This document shows positions 37,964 to 51,100 of a stretch of 64,000 nt of DNA, piece by piece. Every line of letters begins with the position of its first letter. Within the stretch, counting starts at the first letter, position 1. The stretch comes from Eledone cirrhosa. Its lineage: Eukaryota. The stretch spans positions 185,504,001-185,568,000 of the forward strand of contig OZ024742.1 in NCBI GenBank assembly GCA_964016885.1. Direction: 5' to 3'. Position numbers and translations under genes: made by a program. The notes below the pieces were generated by a model, which saw only the letters and a program-made list of their open reading frames with translations, was not told the DNA's origin and did no database searches.

Positions 37964-38658
37964 AACAAATGCTTGAAATGAATGATCTGCATAAAGTGTA
38001 TACATACAAATAAATGTCACTGTTTGAGTAAGGGAAGTAGGAATCAGTCCTCGCAATTTCAAGACCGAAACTCCCTTTTGTGTGTTCAAGTAATGAGAGG
38101 CTGATCAAAATCCTTTTGAACAATTTAAGATAACGCACTAGATGTGGACCTTGTCAATAAGCCAACACGATGAAAGCAAAGAGCACGCTTCGATCTTATT
38201 TCATCTATTCAGTGAAGCATATTTCCTTAGAACACCAAGTTTACTTATACACAAATCTGCTCCCACTCTTATATTGTCACATATTGTATTACGCTAATTA
38301 GACTTAGGAATTACACTGAGGGTACACGTCACAGTGGAATAATCAACGGCATACACATTAATTCACGAGTTGGACATTCAGTTGATCGACCAACTAAATG
38401 TTCATCGTCGAAACTGACGGATAATCCACAATTTTTTTATTAAATTCTTGATAAGAATCGTATATTTGTAGCAAGATGGCCGGCTTCCTGTGTTTATCTG
38501 ACATTAATGGTGAATCATGTAATATACATACATACATACACAAATATATACATGTCACGCACACTCACACACTCACACATACACACACCCATATATATAT
38601 ATATTTTAGTATGCATAATATAAATTTATGTATAATATAGATAGATAAATATGTGTAG

Positions 38659-38730
<72 letters not shown>

Positions 38731-38856
38731 TTGTGAGTGTGTATGAGTGTACGTAAATACAATACATATGTATATATATATGTATGTGTGTGTGTGTGTG
38801 TGTGCAAATATGTATTATATATGTATATACGTACACACACACGCTCACACAAATAC

Positions 38857-38907
<51 letters not shown>

Positions 38908-39119
38908 TACATACAAACGTACATACATACATACTTACACATACACATACATACATACAAACGTACGTACATACATACATACAATTTAAAGATAAAGAGG
39001 AGAAAAGAAAAGAGAAGGAAGAAGAATATATTATCGTCTGCCGAATTTGAGAAAATCTCGTCATGAAATCATAAAACTGCCAACAACTCAGCAATAGTAT
39101 ATATTATGAAGACATTTAG

Positions 39120-42100
39120 TGAAGTGTGTAGGTGTGAAGTATGTTGATGACGTATGTGTGGTGCGTGGGTGGTGTGGAGTGTAGGTGGTGTGTGTGGGTG
39201 GTATGGCGTGTGGGTGGTGTGGTGTGGTGCGTGGGTGGTATGGTGTGTGTGTGGTGTGTGGTATGTGGTGTGTAGGTGGTATGGTGTGTGGTGCGTGGGT
39301 GGTGTGTGGGTGGTGTGTGGTGTGGTGTCGTGCTTGGGTGGTGTGGTTTGTGGGTGGTGTGTGGTGTGTGGTGTGGTGTGTGGGTGGTGGGTGGTGTGTG
39401 GTGTGGTGTGGTGTGTGGGTCGTGTGTGATGTGTAGGTGGTATGGTGTGTGGAGTGTGGGTGGTATGGGTGTAGGTGGTATGGTGTGTGATGTGTGGGTG
39501 GTGTGTGGTGTGTGGGTGGTGTGTAGGTGGTATGGTGTGTGGTGTGTAGGTGGTGTGGTGTGTGGGTGGTATGGTGTGTGGGTGGTGGGTGGTGTGTGGT
39601 ATGGTGTATGGTGTGTGGGTGGTGTGGTGTGTGGGTGGTATGGTGTGTGGTGTGTGGGTGGTGTGGTGTGGTGTGTAGATGGTATGGTGTGTAGGTGGTG
39701 TGTTGTGTGGTATGTGGTGTGTAGATGACGTGGTGTGTGGGTTGTGTGTAGGTGTTATGTGTAGTTGGTGGGTTTAGATAGTGTGTAGGTAGTGTGTGAT
39801 GTGTAAGTAGTGTGTGTAAATGGCGTGGTGTATTGGTGTGAAGTGTGTAGATCACGTGGTGTGTGGTGTGTAGGTATGAGTGTAGGTGGGTGGCGGGTAG
39901 TGTGTGTGCTGGTGTGTGTAGGTGGCGTGTAGTGTGTGTACGTGGTGTGTACCTAGTGTGTGGTGTGTATATGGTGTGATGTGTGGGTGGTGTGGCGTGT
40001 AGGTGAGGCGGTGTGTGGTGTGTAGACGGTGCGGTGTGTAGATGGTGTGGTGTGTATGCTGTGTGGTGTGTAGATGGTGTGTAGACGGTGTGGTGTGTAG
40101 ACTGTGTGGTGTGTAGACGGTGTGGTGTGGAGGCAGTGTGGTGTGTAGGCTGTGTGGTGTGTAGATGGTGTGGTGTGAAGATGGTGTGGTATGTAGGCTG
40201 TGTGGTGTGTCGGCTGTGTGGTGTGTCGGCTGTGTGGTGTGTAGGCTGTGTGGTGTGTAGGCTGTGTGGTGTGTAAATGGTGTGGTGTGTAGATGGTGTG
40301 TAGGCTGTGTGGTTTGTAGGCTGTGTGGTGTGTAGACGGTGTGGTGTGTAGATGGTGTGGGGTGTAGATGGTGTGGTGTGTAGGCTGTGTGGTGTGTAGA
40401 TGGCGTGTAGCCGGTGTGGTGTGTAGCCGGTGTGGTGTGTAGACGGTGTGGTGTGTAGTTTGTGTGGTGTGTTAGACGGTGTGGTGTGTAGGCTGTGTGG
40501 CGTGTAGACGGTGTAGTGTGTAGGCTGTGTGGTGTTTAGGCTGTGTGGTGGGTAGGTTGTGTAGTGTGTAGGATGTGTGGTGTGTAGGCTGTGTGGTGTG
40601 TAGACGCTGTGGTGTGTAGGCTGTGTGGTGTGTAGGCTGTGTGGTGTGTAGAAGGTGTGGGGTTTAGGCTGTGTGGTGCGTAGGCTGTATTGTGTGTAGG
40701 CTGTGTGGTGTGTAGACGGTGTGGTGTGTAGGCTGTGTGTTGTGTAGATGGTGTGGTGTGTGGGCTGTGTGGTGTGTAGGCTGTGTGGTGTATAGACGGT
40801 GTGGTGTGTAGGCTGTGTGGTGTGTAGACGGTGTGGTGTGCAGGCTGTGTGGTGTGTAGACGGTGTGATGTGTAGGCTGTGTGGTATGTAGGCGGCTGTG
40901 TGGTGTGTAGATGATGTGGTGTGTAGGCTGTGTGGTGTGTAGGCTGTATGGTGTGTAGGCTGTGTGGTGTGTAGACGGTGTGGTGTGTAGGCTGCGTGGT
41001 GCGTAGATGGCGTGGTGTGTAGGCTGTGTGGTCTGTAGACGGTGTGGGGTGTAGATGGTGTGGTGTGTAGGTTGTGTGGTGTGTAGATGGTGTGTAGACG
41101 GTGTGGTGTGTAGGCTGTGTGGTGTGTAGACGGTGTGGTGTGTAGGCTGTGTGGTGTGTAGACGGTGTGGTGTGTAGGCTGTGTGGTGTGTAGATGGTTT
41201 GGTGTGTAGACTGTGTGGTGTGTCGGCTATGTGGTGTGTAGGCTGTGTGGTGTGTAGATGGTGTGGTGTGGTGTGTGGGATTTGTGGCGTGCAGACGGTG
41301 TGGTGTGTGGGCTGTGTGGTGTGTAGGCTGTGTGGTGTGTAGATGGTGTGTAGGCTGTGTGGTGTGTAGACGGTGTGGTGTGTAGGCTGTGTGGTGTGTA
41401 GGCGGCTGTGTGGTGTGTAGATGGTGTGGTGTGTAGGCTGTGTGGTGTGTAGGCTGTATGGTGTGTAGGCTTGGTGGTGTGTAGACGGTGTGGTGTGTAG
41501 GCTGTGTGGTGTGTAGATGGTGTAGTGTGTAGGCTGTCTGGTGTGTAGGCTGTGTGGTGCGTAGATGGTGTGGTGTGTAGGCCGTGTGGTCTGTAGGCTG
41601 TGTGGTGTGTAGATGGTGTGGTGTGTAGATGGTTTGGTGTGTAGGCTGTGTGGTGTGTCGGCTATGTGGTGTGGAGGCTGTGTGGTGTGTAGATGGTGTG
41701 GTGTGGTGTGTGGGATTTGTGGCGTGTAGACGGTGTGGTGTGTAGACGGTGTGGTGTGTAGGCTGTGTGGTGTGTAGACGGTGTGGTGTGTTGGGTGTGT
41801 GGTGTGTAGATGGTGTGGTGTGTAGATGGTTTGGTGTGTAGGCTGTGTGGTGTGTCGGCTATGTGGTGTGTAGGCTGTGTGGTGTGTAGATGGTGTGGTG
41901 TGGTGTGTGGGATTTGTGGCGTGTAGACCGTGTGGTGTGTAGACGGTGTGGTGTGTAGGCTGTGTGGTGTGTAGGCGGCTGTGTCGTGTGTAGATGGTGT
42001 GGTGTGTAGGCTGTGTGGTGTGTAGGCTGTATGGTGTGTAGGCTTGGTGGTGTGTAGACGGTGTGGTGTGTAGGCTGTGTGGTGTGTAGATGGTGTGGTG

Positions 42101-45100
42101 TGTAGGCTGTGTGGTGCGTAGATGGTGTGGTGTGTAGGCCGTGTGGTCTGTAGACGGTGTGGTGTGTAGGCTGTGTGGTGTGTAGATGGTGTGGTGTGTA
42201 GGCTGTGTAGACGGTGTGGTGTGTAGATGGTGCGGTGTGTAGGCTGTGTGGTGTGTAGATGGTGTGGGGTGTAGATGGTGTGGTGTGTAGGCTGTGTGGT
42301 CTGTAGACGCTGTGGTGTGTAGGCTGTGTGGTGTGTAGATGGTGTGGTGTGTAGGCTGTGTGGTGTGTAGATGGTGCGGTGTGTAGGCTGTGTGGTGTGT
42401 AGATGGTGTGGGGTGTAGATGGTGTGGTGTGTAGGCTGTGTGGTGTGTAGATGGTGTGTAGACGGTGTGGTGTGTAGGCTGCGTGGTGTGTAGATGGTGT
42501 GTAGATGGTTTGGTGTGTAGGCTGTGTGGTGTGTCGGCTGTGTGGTTTGTAGGCTGTGTAGTGTGTAGATGGTGTGGTGTGTAGGTGGAGTGGTGTGTGG
42601 GATTTGTGGCGTGTAGACGGTGTGGTGTGTGGGCTGTGTGGTGTGTAGGCTGTGTGGTGTGTAGGCTGTATGGTGTGTAGGCTGTGTGGTGTGTAGACGG
42701 TGTGGTGTGTAGGCTGTGTGGTGTGTAGATGGTGTGGTGTGTAGGCTGTGTGGTGTGTAGAATTTGTGGTGTGTAGGCTGTGTGGTGCGTAGGTGGAGTG
42801 GTGTGTAGATGGTGTGGTGTGTAGGCTGTGTGGTGTGTAGGCTGTATGGTGTGTAGGCTGTGTGGTGTGTAGACGGTGTGGTGTGTAGGCTGTGTGGTGT
42901 GTAGATGCTGTGGTGTGTAGGCTGTGTGGTGTGTAGATTTTGTGGTGTGTAGGCTGTGTAGTGTGTAGATGGTGTGGTGTGTAGACGGTGTGGTGTGTAG
43001 ATGGTGCGGTGTGTAGGCTGTGTGGAGTGTAGATGGTGTGTAGGCTGTGTGGTGTGTAGACGGTGTGGTGTGTAGGCTGTGTGGTGCGTAGGCGGCTGTG
43101 CGGTGTGTAGATGGTATGGTGTGTAGGCTGTGTGGTGTGTAGGCTGTATGGTGTGTAGGCTGTGTGGTGTGTAGACGGTGTGGTGTGTAGGCTGTGTGGT
43201 GTGTAGACGGTGTGGTGTGTAGGCTGTGTGGTGTGTAGATGGTGTGGTGTGTAGGCTGTGTAGTGTGTAGATGGTGTGGTGTGTAGGCTGTGTGCTGTGT
43301 AGATGGTGTGTAGACGGTGTTGTGTGTAGGCTGTGTGGTGTGTAGACGGTGTGGTGTGTAGGCTGTGTGGTGCGTAGGCGGCTGTGCGGTGTGTAGATGG
43401 TATGGTGTGTAGGCTGTGTGGTGTGTAGGCTGTATGGTGTGTAGGCTGTGTGGTCTGTAGACGGTGTGGTGTGTAGGCTGTGTGGTGTGTAGACCGTGTG
43501 GTGTGTAGGCTGTGGTGTGTAGATGGTGTGGTGTGTAGGCTTTGTAGTGTGTAGATGGTGTGGTGTGTAGACGGTGTGGTGTGTAGATGGTGCGGTGTGT
43601 AGGCTGTGTGGTGTGTAGATGGTGTGTAGGCTGTGTGGTGTGTAGATGGTGTGGAGACGGTGTTGTGTGTAGGCTGTGTGGTGTGTAGACGGTGTGGTGT
43701 GTAGGCTGTGTGTTGTGTAGATGGTGTGGTGTGTAGATGGTTTGATGTGTAGGCTGTGTGGTATTACGGCTGTGTGGTGTGTAGGCTGTGTGATGTGTAG
43801 GCTGTGTGGTGTGTAGATGGTGTGGTGTGTAGGCTGTGTGGTGTGTACGCTGTGTGGTTTGTAGGCTGTGTAGGCTGTGTGGTGTATAGATGCTGTGTTG
43901 TGTAGACGCTGTGGTGTGTCGATGGTGCAGTGTGTAGGATGTGTGGTGTGTAGACGGTGTGGTGTGTAGGCTGTGTGGTGTGTAGACGGTGTGGTGTGTA
44001 GGCTGTGTGGTGTGTAGATGGTGTGGTGTGTAGGCTGTGTAGTGTGTAGATGGTGTGGTGTGTAGGCTGTGTGCTGTGTAGATGGTGTGTAGACGGTGTT
44101 GTGTGTAGGCTGTGTGGTGTGTAGACGGTGTGGTGTGTAGGTGGTTCGTTGTGTATATGGTTTGGTGTGTAGGCTGTGTGGTCTGTAGACGGTGTGGTGT
44201 GTAGGCTGTGTGGTGTGTAGACGGTGTGGTGTGTAGGCTGTGGTGTGTAGATGGTGTGGTGTGTAGGCTGTGTAGTGTGTAGATGGTGTGGTGTGTAGAC
44301 GCTGTGGTGTGTAGATGGTGCGGTGTGTAGGCTGTGTGGTGTGTAGATGGTGTGTAGGCTGTGTGGTGTGTAGATGGTGTGTAGACGGTGTGGTGTGTAG
44401 GCTGTGTGGTGTGTACGCTGTGTGGTTTGTAGGCTGTGTAGGCTGTGTGGTGTATAGATGCTGTGTTGTGTAGACGCTGTGGTGTGTCGATGGTGCAGTG
44501 TGTAGGATGTGTGGTGTGTAGACGGTGTGGTGTGTAGGCTGTGTGGTGTGTAGAAGGTGTGGTGTGTGGCCTGTGTGGTGTGTAGGCTGTGTGGAGTGTA
44601 GACAGCGTGGTGTGTAGGCTGTGTGGTGTGTAGATGGTGTGGTGTGGAGACGGTGTGGTGTGTAGGCTGTGTGGTCTCTAGGCTGTGTGGTGTGTAGATG
44701 GTGTGGTGTGTAGGCTGTGTGGTTTGTAGGTTACGTGGTGTGTAGGCTGTGTGGTTTGTAGGCTACGTGGTGCGTAGGCTGTGTGGTGTGTAGATGGTGT
44801 GTTGTGTATATGGTTTGGTGTGTAGGCTGTGTGGTTTGTAGACGGTGTGGTGTGTAGGCTGTGTGGTGTGTAGATGGTGTGGTGTGTAGGCTGTGTGGTG
44901 TGTAGATGTTGTGGTGTGTAGGCTGTGTGGTGTGTAGGCTGTATGGTGTGTAGGCTGTGTGGTGTGGTGTGTAGGCTGTGGTGTGTAGATGGTGTGGTGT
45001 GTAGGCTATGTAGTGTGTAGATGATGTGGTGTGTAGACGGTGTGGTGTGTAGATGGTGCGGTGTGTAGGCTGTGCGTTGTGTAGATTGTGTGGGGTGTAG

Positions 45101-48100
45101 ATGGTGTGGTGTGTAGGCTGTGTGGTGTGTAGATGGTGTGTAGGCTGTGTGGTGTGTAGATGGTGTGTAGACGGTGTGGTGTGTAGGCTGTGTGGTGTAT
45201 AGATGCTGTGGTGTGTAGACGCTGTGGTGTGTGGATGGTGTGGTGTGTAGGCTGTGTGGTGTGTAGACGGTGTGGTGTGTAGGCTGTGTGGTGTGTAGAT
45301 GGTGTGGTGTGTAGGCTGTGTGGTGTGTAGGCTGTGTGGTGTGTAGGCTGTGTGGTGTGTAGAAGGTGTGGTGTGTGGGCTGTGTGGTGTGTAGGCTGTG
45401 TGGTGTGTAGACGGCGTGGTGTGTAGGCTGTGTGGTGTGTAGATGGTGTGGTGTGGTGTGTAGACGGTGTGGTGTGTAGGCTGTGTGGTCTGTAGGCTGT
45501 GTGGTGTGTAGATGGTGTGGTGTGTAGGCTGTGTGGTTTGTAGGCTACGTGGTGTGTAGGCTGTGTGTTGTGTAGACGTTGTGTAGATGGTTTGGTGTAT
45601 GGACGGTGTAGTGTATAGATGATGTGGTGTGTAGGCTCTGTGGTGTGTAGATGGTGTGGGGTTTAGACAGTGTGGTGTGTAGACGGTGTGGTGTGTAGGC
45701 TGTGTGGTGTGTAGATGGTGTGGTGTGTAGACGGTGTGGTGTGTAGGCTGTGTGTTCTGTAGGCTGTGTGGTGTGTAGATGGTGTGTAGGCTGTGTGGTG
45801 TGTAGACGGTGTGGTGTGTTGGCTGTGTGGTGTGTAGAAAGTGTGGTGTGTGGGCTGTGTGGTGTGTAGGCTGTGTGGTGTGTAGACGGCGTGGTGTGTA
45901 GGCTGTGTGGTGTGTAGATGGTGTGGTGTGTAGACGGTGTGGTGTGTAGGCTGTGTGCTCTGTAGGCTGTGTGGTGTGTAGATGGTGTGGTGTGTAGGCT
46001 GTGTGGTTTGTAGGCTACGTGGTGTGTAGGCTGTGTGGTGTGTATATGGTGTGGTGTGTAGATGGTGTGGTGTGTGGACGGTGTAGTGTGTAGATGGTGT
46101 GGTTTGTAAGCTCTGTGGTGTGTAGATGGTGTGTTGTGTAGATGGTGTGGTGTGTAGGCTGTGTGGTGTGTGGATGGCGTGTAGACGGTGTGGTGTGTAG
46201 ACGGTGTGGTGTGTAGGCTGTGTGGTGTGTAGATGGTGTGGTGTGTAGACGGTGTGGTGTGTAGGCTGTGTGGTCTGTAGGCTGTGTGGTGTGTAGATGG
46301 TGTGGTGTGTAGGCTGTGTGGTTTGTAGGCTACGTGGTGCGTAGGCTGTGTGGTGTGTAGATGGTGTGTTGTGTATATGGTTTGGTGTGTAGGCTGTGTG
46401 GTCTGTAGACGGTGTGGTGTGTAGGCTGTGTGGTGTGTAGATGGTGTGGTGTGTAGGCTGTGTGGTGTGTAGATGGTGTGGTGTGTAGGCTGTGTGGTGT
46501 GTAGGCTGTATGGTGTGTAGGCTGTGTGGTGTGTAGACGGTGCGGTGTGTAGGCTGTGGTGTGTAGATGGTGTGGTGTGTAGGCTGTGTAGTGTGTAGAT
46601 GGTGTGGTGTGTAGACGGTGTGGTCTGTAGATGGTGCGGTGTGTAGGCTGTGCGGTGTGTAGATGGTGTGGAGTGTAGATGGTGTTGTGTGTAGGCTGTG
46701 TGGTGTGTAGATGGTGTGTAGGCTGTGTGGTGTGTAGGCTGTGTGTAGACGGTGTGGTGTGTAGACTTTCTGGTTTGTAGACGGTGTGGTGTGTAGATGG
46801 TTTGGTGTGTAGGCTGTGTGATGTGTAGGCTGTGTGGTGTGTAGATGGTGTGGTGTGTAGGCTGTGTGGTGTGTAGGCTGTGTGGTTTGTAGGCTGTGTA
46901 GGCTGTGTGGTGTATAGATGCTGTGGTGTGTAGACGCTGTGGTGTGTGGATGGTGTGGTGTGTAGGCTGTGTGGTGTGTAGACGGTGTGGTGTGTAGGCT
47001 GTGTGGTGTGTAGATGGTGTGGTGTGTAGGCTGTGTGGTGTGTAGGCTGTGTGGTGTGTAGGCTGTGTGGTGTGTAAACGGTCTGGTGTGTAGGCTGTGT
47101 GGTGTGTAGACGGTGTGGTGTGTAGGCTATGTGGTGTGTAGAAGGTGTGGTGTGTGGGCTGTGTGGTGTGTAGGCTGTGTGGTGTGTAGACGGCGTGGTG
47201 TGTAGGCTGTGTGGTGTGTAGGCTGTGTGGTCTGTAGGCTGTGTGGTGTGTAGATGGTGTGGTGTGTAGGCTGTGTGGTTTGTAGGCTACGTGGTGTGTA
47301 GGCTGTGTAGTGTGTAGATGGTGTGGTGTATGGACGGTGTAGTGTATAGATGATGTGGTGTGTAGGCTCTGTGGTGTGTAGATGGCGTGGGGTTTAGACG
47401 GTGTGGTGTGTAGACGGTGTGGTGTGTAGGCTGTGTGGTGTGTAGATGGTGTGGTGTGTAGACGGTGTGTAGGCTGTGTGTTCTGTAGGCTGTGTGGTAT
47501 GTAGATGGTGTGTAGGCTGTGTGGTGTGTAAACGGTGTGGTGTGTAGGCTATGTGGTGTGTAGAAAGTGTGGTATGTGGGCTGTGTGGTGTGTAGACTGT
47601 GTGGTGTGTAGACGGCGTGGTGTGTAGGCTGTGTGGTGTGTAGATGGTGTGGTGTGTAGACGGTGTGGTGTGTAGGCTGTGTGGTCTGTAGGCTCTGTGG
47701 TGTGTAGATGGTGTGGTGTGTAGGCTGTGTGGTTTGTAGGCTACGTGGTGTGTAGTCTGTGTGGTGTGTATATGGTGTGGTGTGTAGATGGTGTGGTGTG
47801 TGGACGGTGTAGTGTGTAGATGGTGTGGTGTGTAAGCTCTGTGGTGTGTAGATGGTGTGTTGTGTAGATGGTGTGGTGTGTAGGCTGTGTGGTGTGTGGA
47901 TGGCGTGAAGACAGTGTGGTGTGTAGACGGTGTGGTGTGTAGGCTGTGTGGTGTGTAGATGGTGTGGTGTGTAGACGGTGTGGTGTGTAGGCTGTGTGCT
48001 CTGTAGGCTGTGTGGTGTGTAGATGGTGTGGTGTGTAGGCTGTGTGGTTTGTAGGCTACGTGGTGTGTAGGTGTGTGGTGTATAGGCTGTGTGGTGTGTA

Positions 48101-51100
48101 GACGGTGTGGTGTGTAGGATGTGTGGTGTGTAGGATGTGTGGTAGGTAGGCTGTGTGGTGTGTAGCCTGTGTGGTGCGTAGACGGTGTGGTGTGTAGGCG
48201 GTGTGGTGTGTAGGTTGTGTTGTGTGTAGACGGTGTGGTGTGTAGGTTGTCTGGAGTGTAGACGGTGTGGTGTGTATGCTCTGTGGTGTGTAGGCTGTGT
48301 GGTGTGTAGACCGTGTGGTGTGTAGGCTGTGTGGTGTGTAGGATGTGTGCTGTGTAGACGTTGTGGTGTGTAGACGGTGTGGTGTGTAGGCTGTGTGGTG
48401 TTTACGCGGTGTGTTGTGTAGGCTGTGTGGTGTGTAGGATGTGTGGTGTATAGACGGTGTGGTGTGTAGACGGTGTGGTGTGTAGGCTGTGTGGTCTGTA
48501 GACGGTGTGGTGTGTAGGCTGTGTGGTGTGTAGGCTGTGTGGTGTGTAGATGGTGTGGTGTGTAGGCTGCGTGGTGTGTAGATGGTGTGGTGTGTAAACG
48601 GTGTGGTGTGTAGGCTGTGTGGTGTGTAGGCTGTGTGGTGTGTAGATGGTGTGGTGTGTTGGCTGTGTGGTTTGTAGGCTGTGTAGGCTGTGTGGTGTAT
48701 AGATGCTGTGGTGTGTAGACGCTGTGGTGTGTGGATGGTGTGGTGTGTAGGCTGTGTGGTGTGTAGACGGTGTGGTGTGTAGGCTGTGTGGTGTGTAGAT
48801 GGTGTGGTGTGTAGGCTGTGTGGTGTGTAGGCTGTGTGGTGTGTAGGCTGTGTGGTGTGTAGGCTGTGTGGTGTGTAAACGGTCTGGTGTGTAGGCTGTG
48901 TGGTGTGTAGACGGTGTGGTGTGTAGGCTGTGTGGTGTGTAGAAGGTGTGGTGTGTGGGCTGTGTGGTGTGTAGGCTGTGTGGTGTGTAGACGGCGTGGT
49001 GTGTAGGCTGTGTGGTGTGTAGATAGTGTGGTGTGTAGACAGTGTGGTGTGTAGGCTGTGTGGTCTGTAGGCTGTGTGGTGTGTAGATGGTGTGGTGTGT
49101 AGGCTGTGTGGTTTGTAGGCTACGTGGTGTGTAGGCTGTGTGGTTTGTAGGCTACGTGGTGTGTAGGCTGTGTGGTGTGTAGATGGTGTGGTGTATGGAC
49201 GGTGTAGTGTATAGATGATGTGGTGCGTAGGCTCTGTGGTGTGTAGATGGTGTGGGGTTTAGACGGTGTGGTGTGTAGACGGTGTGGTGTGTAGGCTGTG
49301 TGGTGTGTAGATGGTGTGGTGTGTAGACGGTGTGTAGGCTGTGTGTTCTGTAGGCTGTGTGGTGTGTAGATGGTGTGTAGGCTGTGTGGTGTGTAGACGG
49401 TGTGGTGTGTAGGCTATGTGGTGTGTAGAAAGTGTGGTGTGTGGGCTGTGTGGTGTGTAGGCTGTGTGGTGTGTAGACGGCGTGGTGTGTAGGCTGTGTG
49501 GTGTGTAGATGGTGTGGTGTGTAGACGGTGTGGTGTGTAGGCTGTGTGGTCTGTAGGCTGTGTGGTGTGTAGATGGTGTGGTGTGTAGGCTGTGTGGTTT
49601 GCAGGCTACGTGGTGTGTAGGCTGTGTGGTGTGTATATGGTGTGGTGTGTAGATGGTGTGGTGTGTGGACGGTGTAGTGTGTAGATGGTGTGGTGTGTAA
49701 GCTCTGTGGTGTGTAGATGGTGTGTTGTGTAGATGTGGTGTGTAGGCTGTGTGCTGTGTGGATGGCGTGTAGACGGTGTGGTGTGTAGACGGTGTGGTGT
49801 GTAGGCTGTGTGGTGTGTAGATGGTGTGGTGTGTAGACTGTGTGGTGTGTAGGCTGTGTGCTCTGTAGGCTGTGTGGTGTGTAGATGGTGTGGTGTGTAG
49901 GCTGTGTGGTTTGTAGGCTACGTGATGTGTAGGTGTGTGGTGTATAGGCTGTGTGGTGTGTAGACGGTGTGGTGTGTAGGATGTGTGGTGTGTAGGATGT
50001 GTGGTAGGTAGGCTGTGTGGTGTGTAGCCTGTGTGGTGCGTAGACGGTGTGGTGTGTAGGCGGTGTGGTGTGTAGGTTGTGTTGTGTGTAGACGGTGTGG
50101 TGTGTAGGTTGTCTGGAGTGTAGACGGTGTGGTGTGTATGCTCTGTGGTGTGTAGGCTGTGTGGTGTGTAGACCGTGTGGTGTGTAGGCTGTGTGGTGTG
50201 TAGGATTTGTGCTGTGTAGACGTTGTGGTGTGTAGACGGTGTGGTGTGTAGGCTGTGTGGTGTTTAGGCGGTGTGTTGTGTAGGCTGTGTGGTGTGTAGG
50301 ATGTGTGGTCTGTAGACGGTGTGGTGTGTAGACGGTGTGGTGTGTAGGCTGTGTGGTCTGTAGACGGTGTGGTGTGTAGGCTGTGTGGTGTGTAGGCTGT
50401 GTGGTGTGTAGACGGTGTGGTGTGTAGGCTGCGTGGTGTGTAGATGGTGTGGTGTGTAGACGGTGTGGTGTGTAGGCTGTGTGGTGTGTAGGCTGTGTGG
50501 TGTGTAGATGGTGTGGTGTGTAGGCTGTGTGGTTTGTAGGCTGTGTAGGCTGTGTGGTGTATAGATGCTGTGGTGTGTAGACGCTGTGGTGTGCGGATGG
50601 TGTGGTGTGTAGGCTGTGTGGTGTGTAGACGGTGTGGTGTGTAGGCTGTGTGGTGTGTAGATGGTGTGGTGTGTAGGCTGTGTGGTGTGTAGGCTGTGTG
50701 GTGTGTAGGCTGTGTGGTGTGTAAACGGTCTGGTGTGTAGGCTGTGTGGTGTGTAGACGGTGTGGTGTGTAGGCTGTGTGGTGTGTAGAAGGTGTGGTCT
50801 GTGGGCTGTGTGGTGTGTAGGCTGTGTGGTGTGTAGACGGCGTGGTGCGTAGGCTGTGTGGTGTGTAGATGGTGTGGTGTGGTGTGTAGACGGTCTGGTG
50901 TGTAGGCTGTGTGGTCTGTAGGCTGTGTGGTGTGTAGATGGTGTGGTGTGTAGGCTGTGTGGTTTGTAGGCTACGTGGTGTGTAGGTTGTGTGGTTTGTA
51001 GGCTACGTGGTGTGTAGGCTGTGTGGTGTGTAGACGGTGTGTAGATGGTGTGGTGTATGGACGGTGTAGTGTATAGATGATGTGGTGTGTAGGCTCTGTG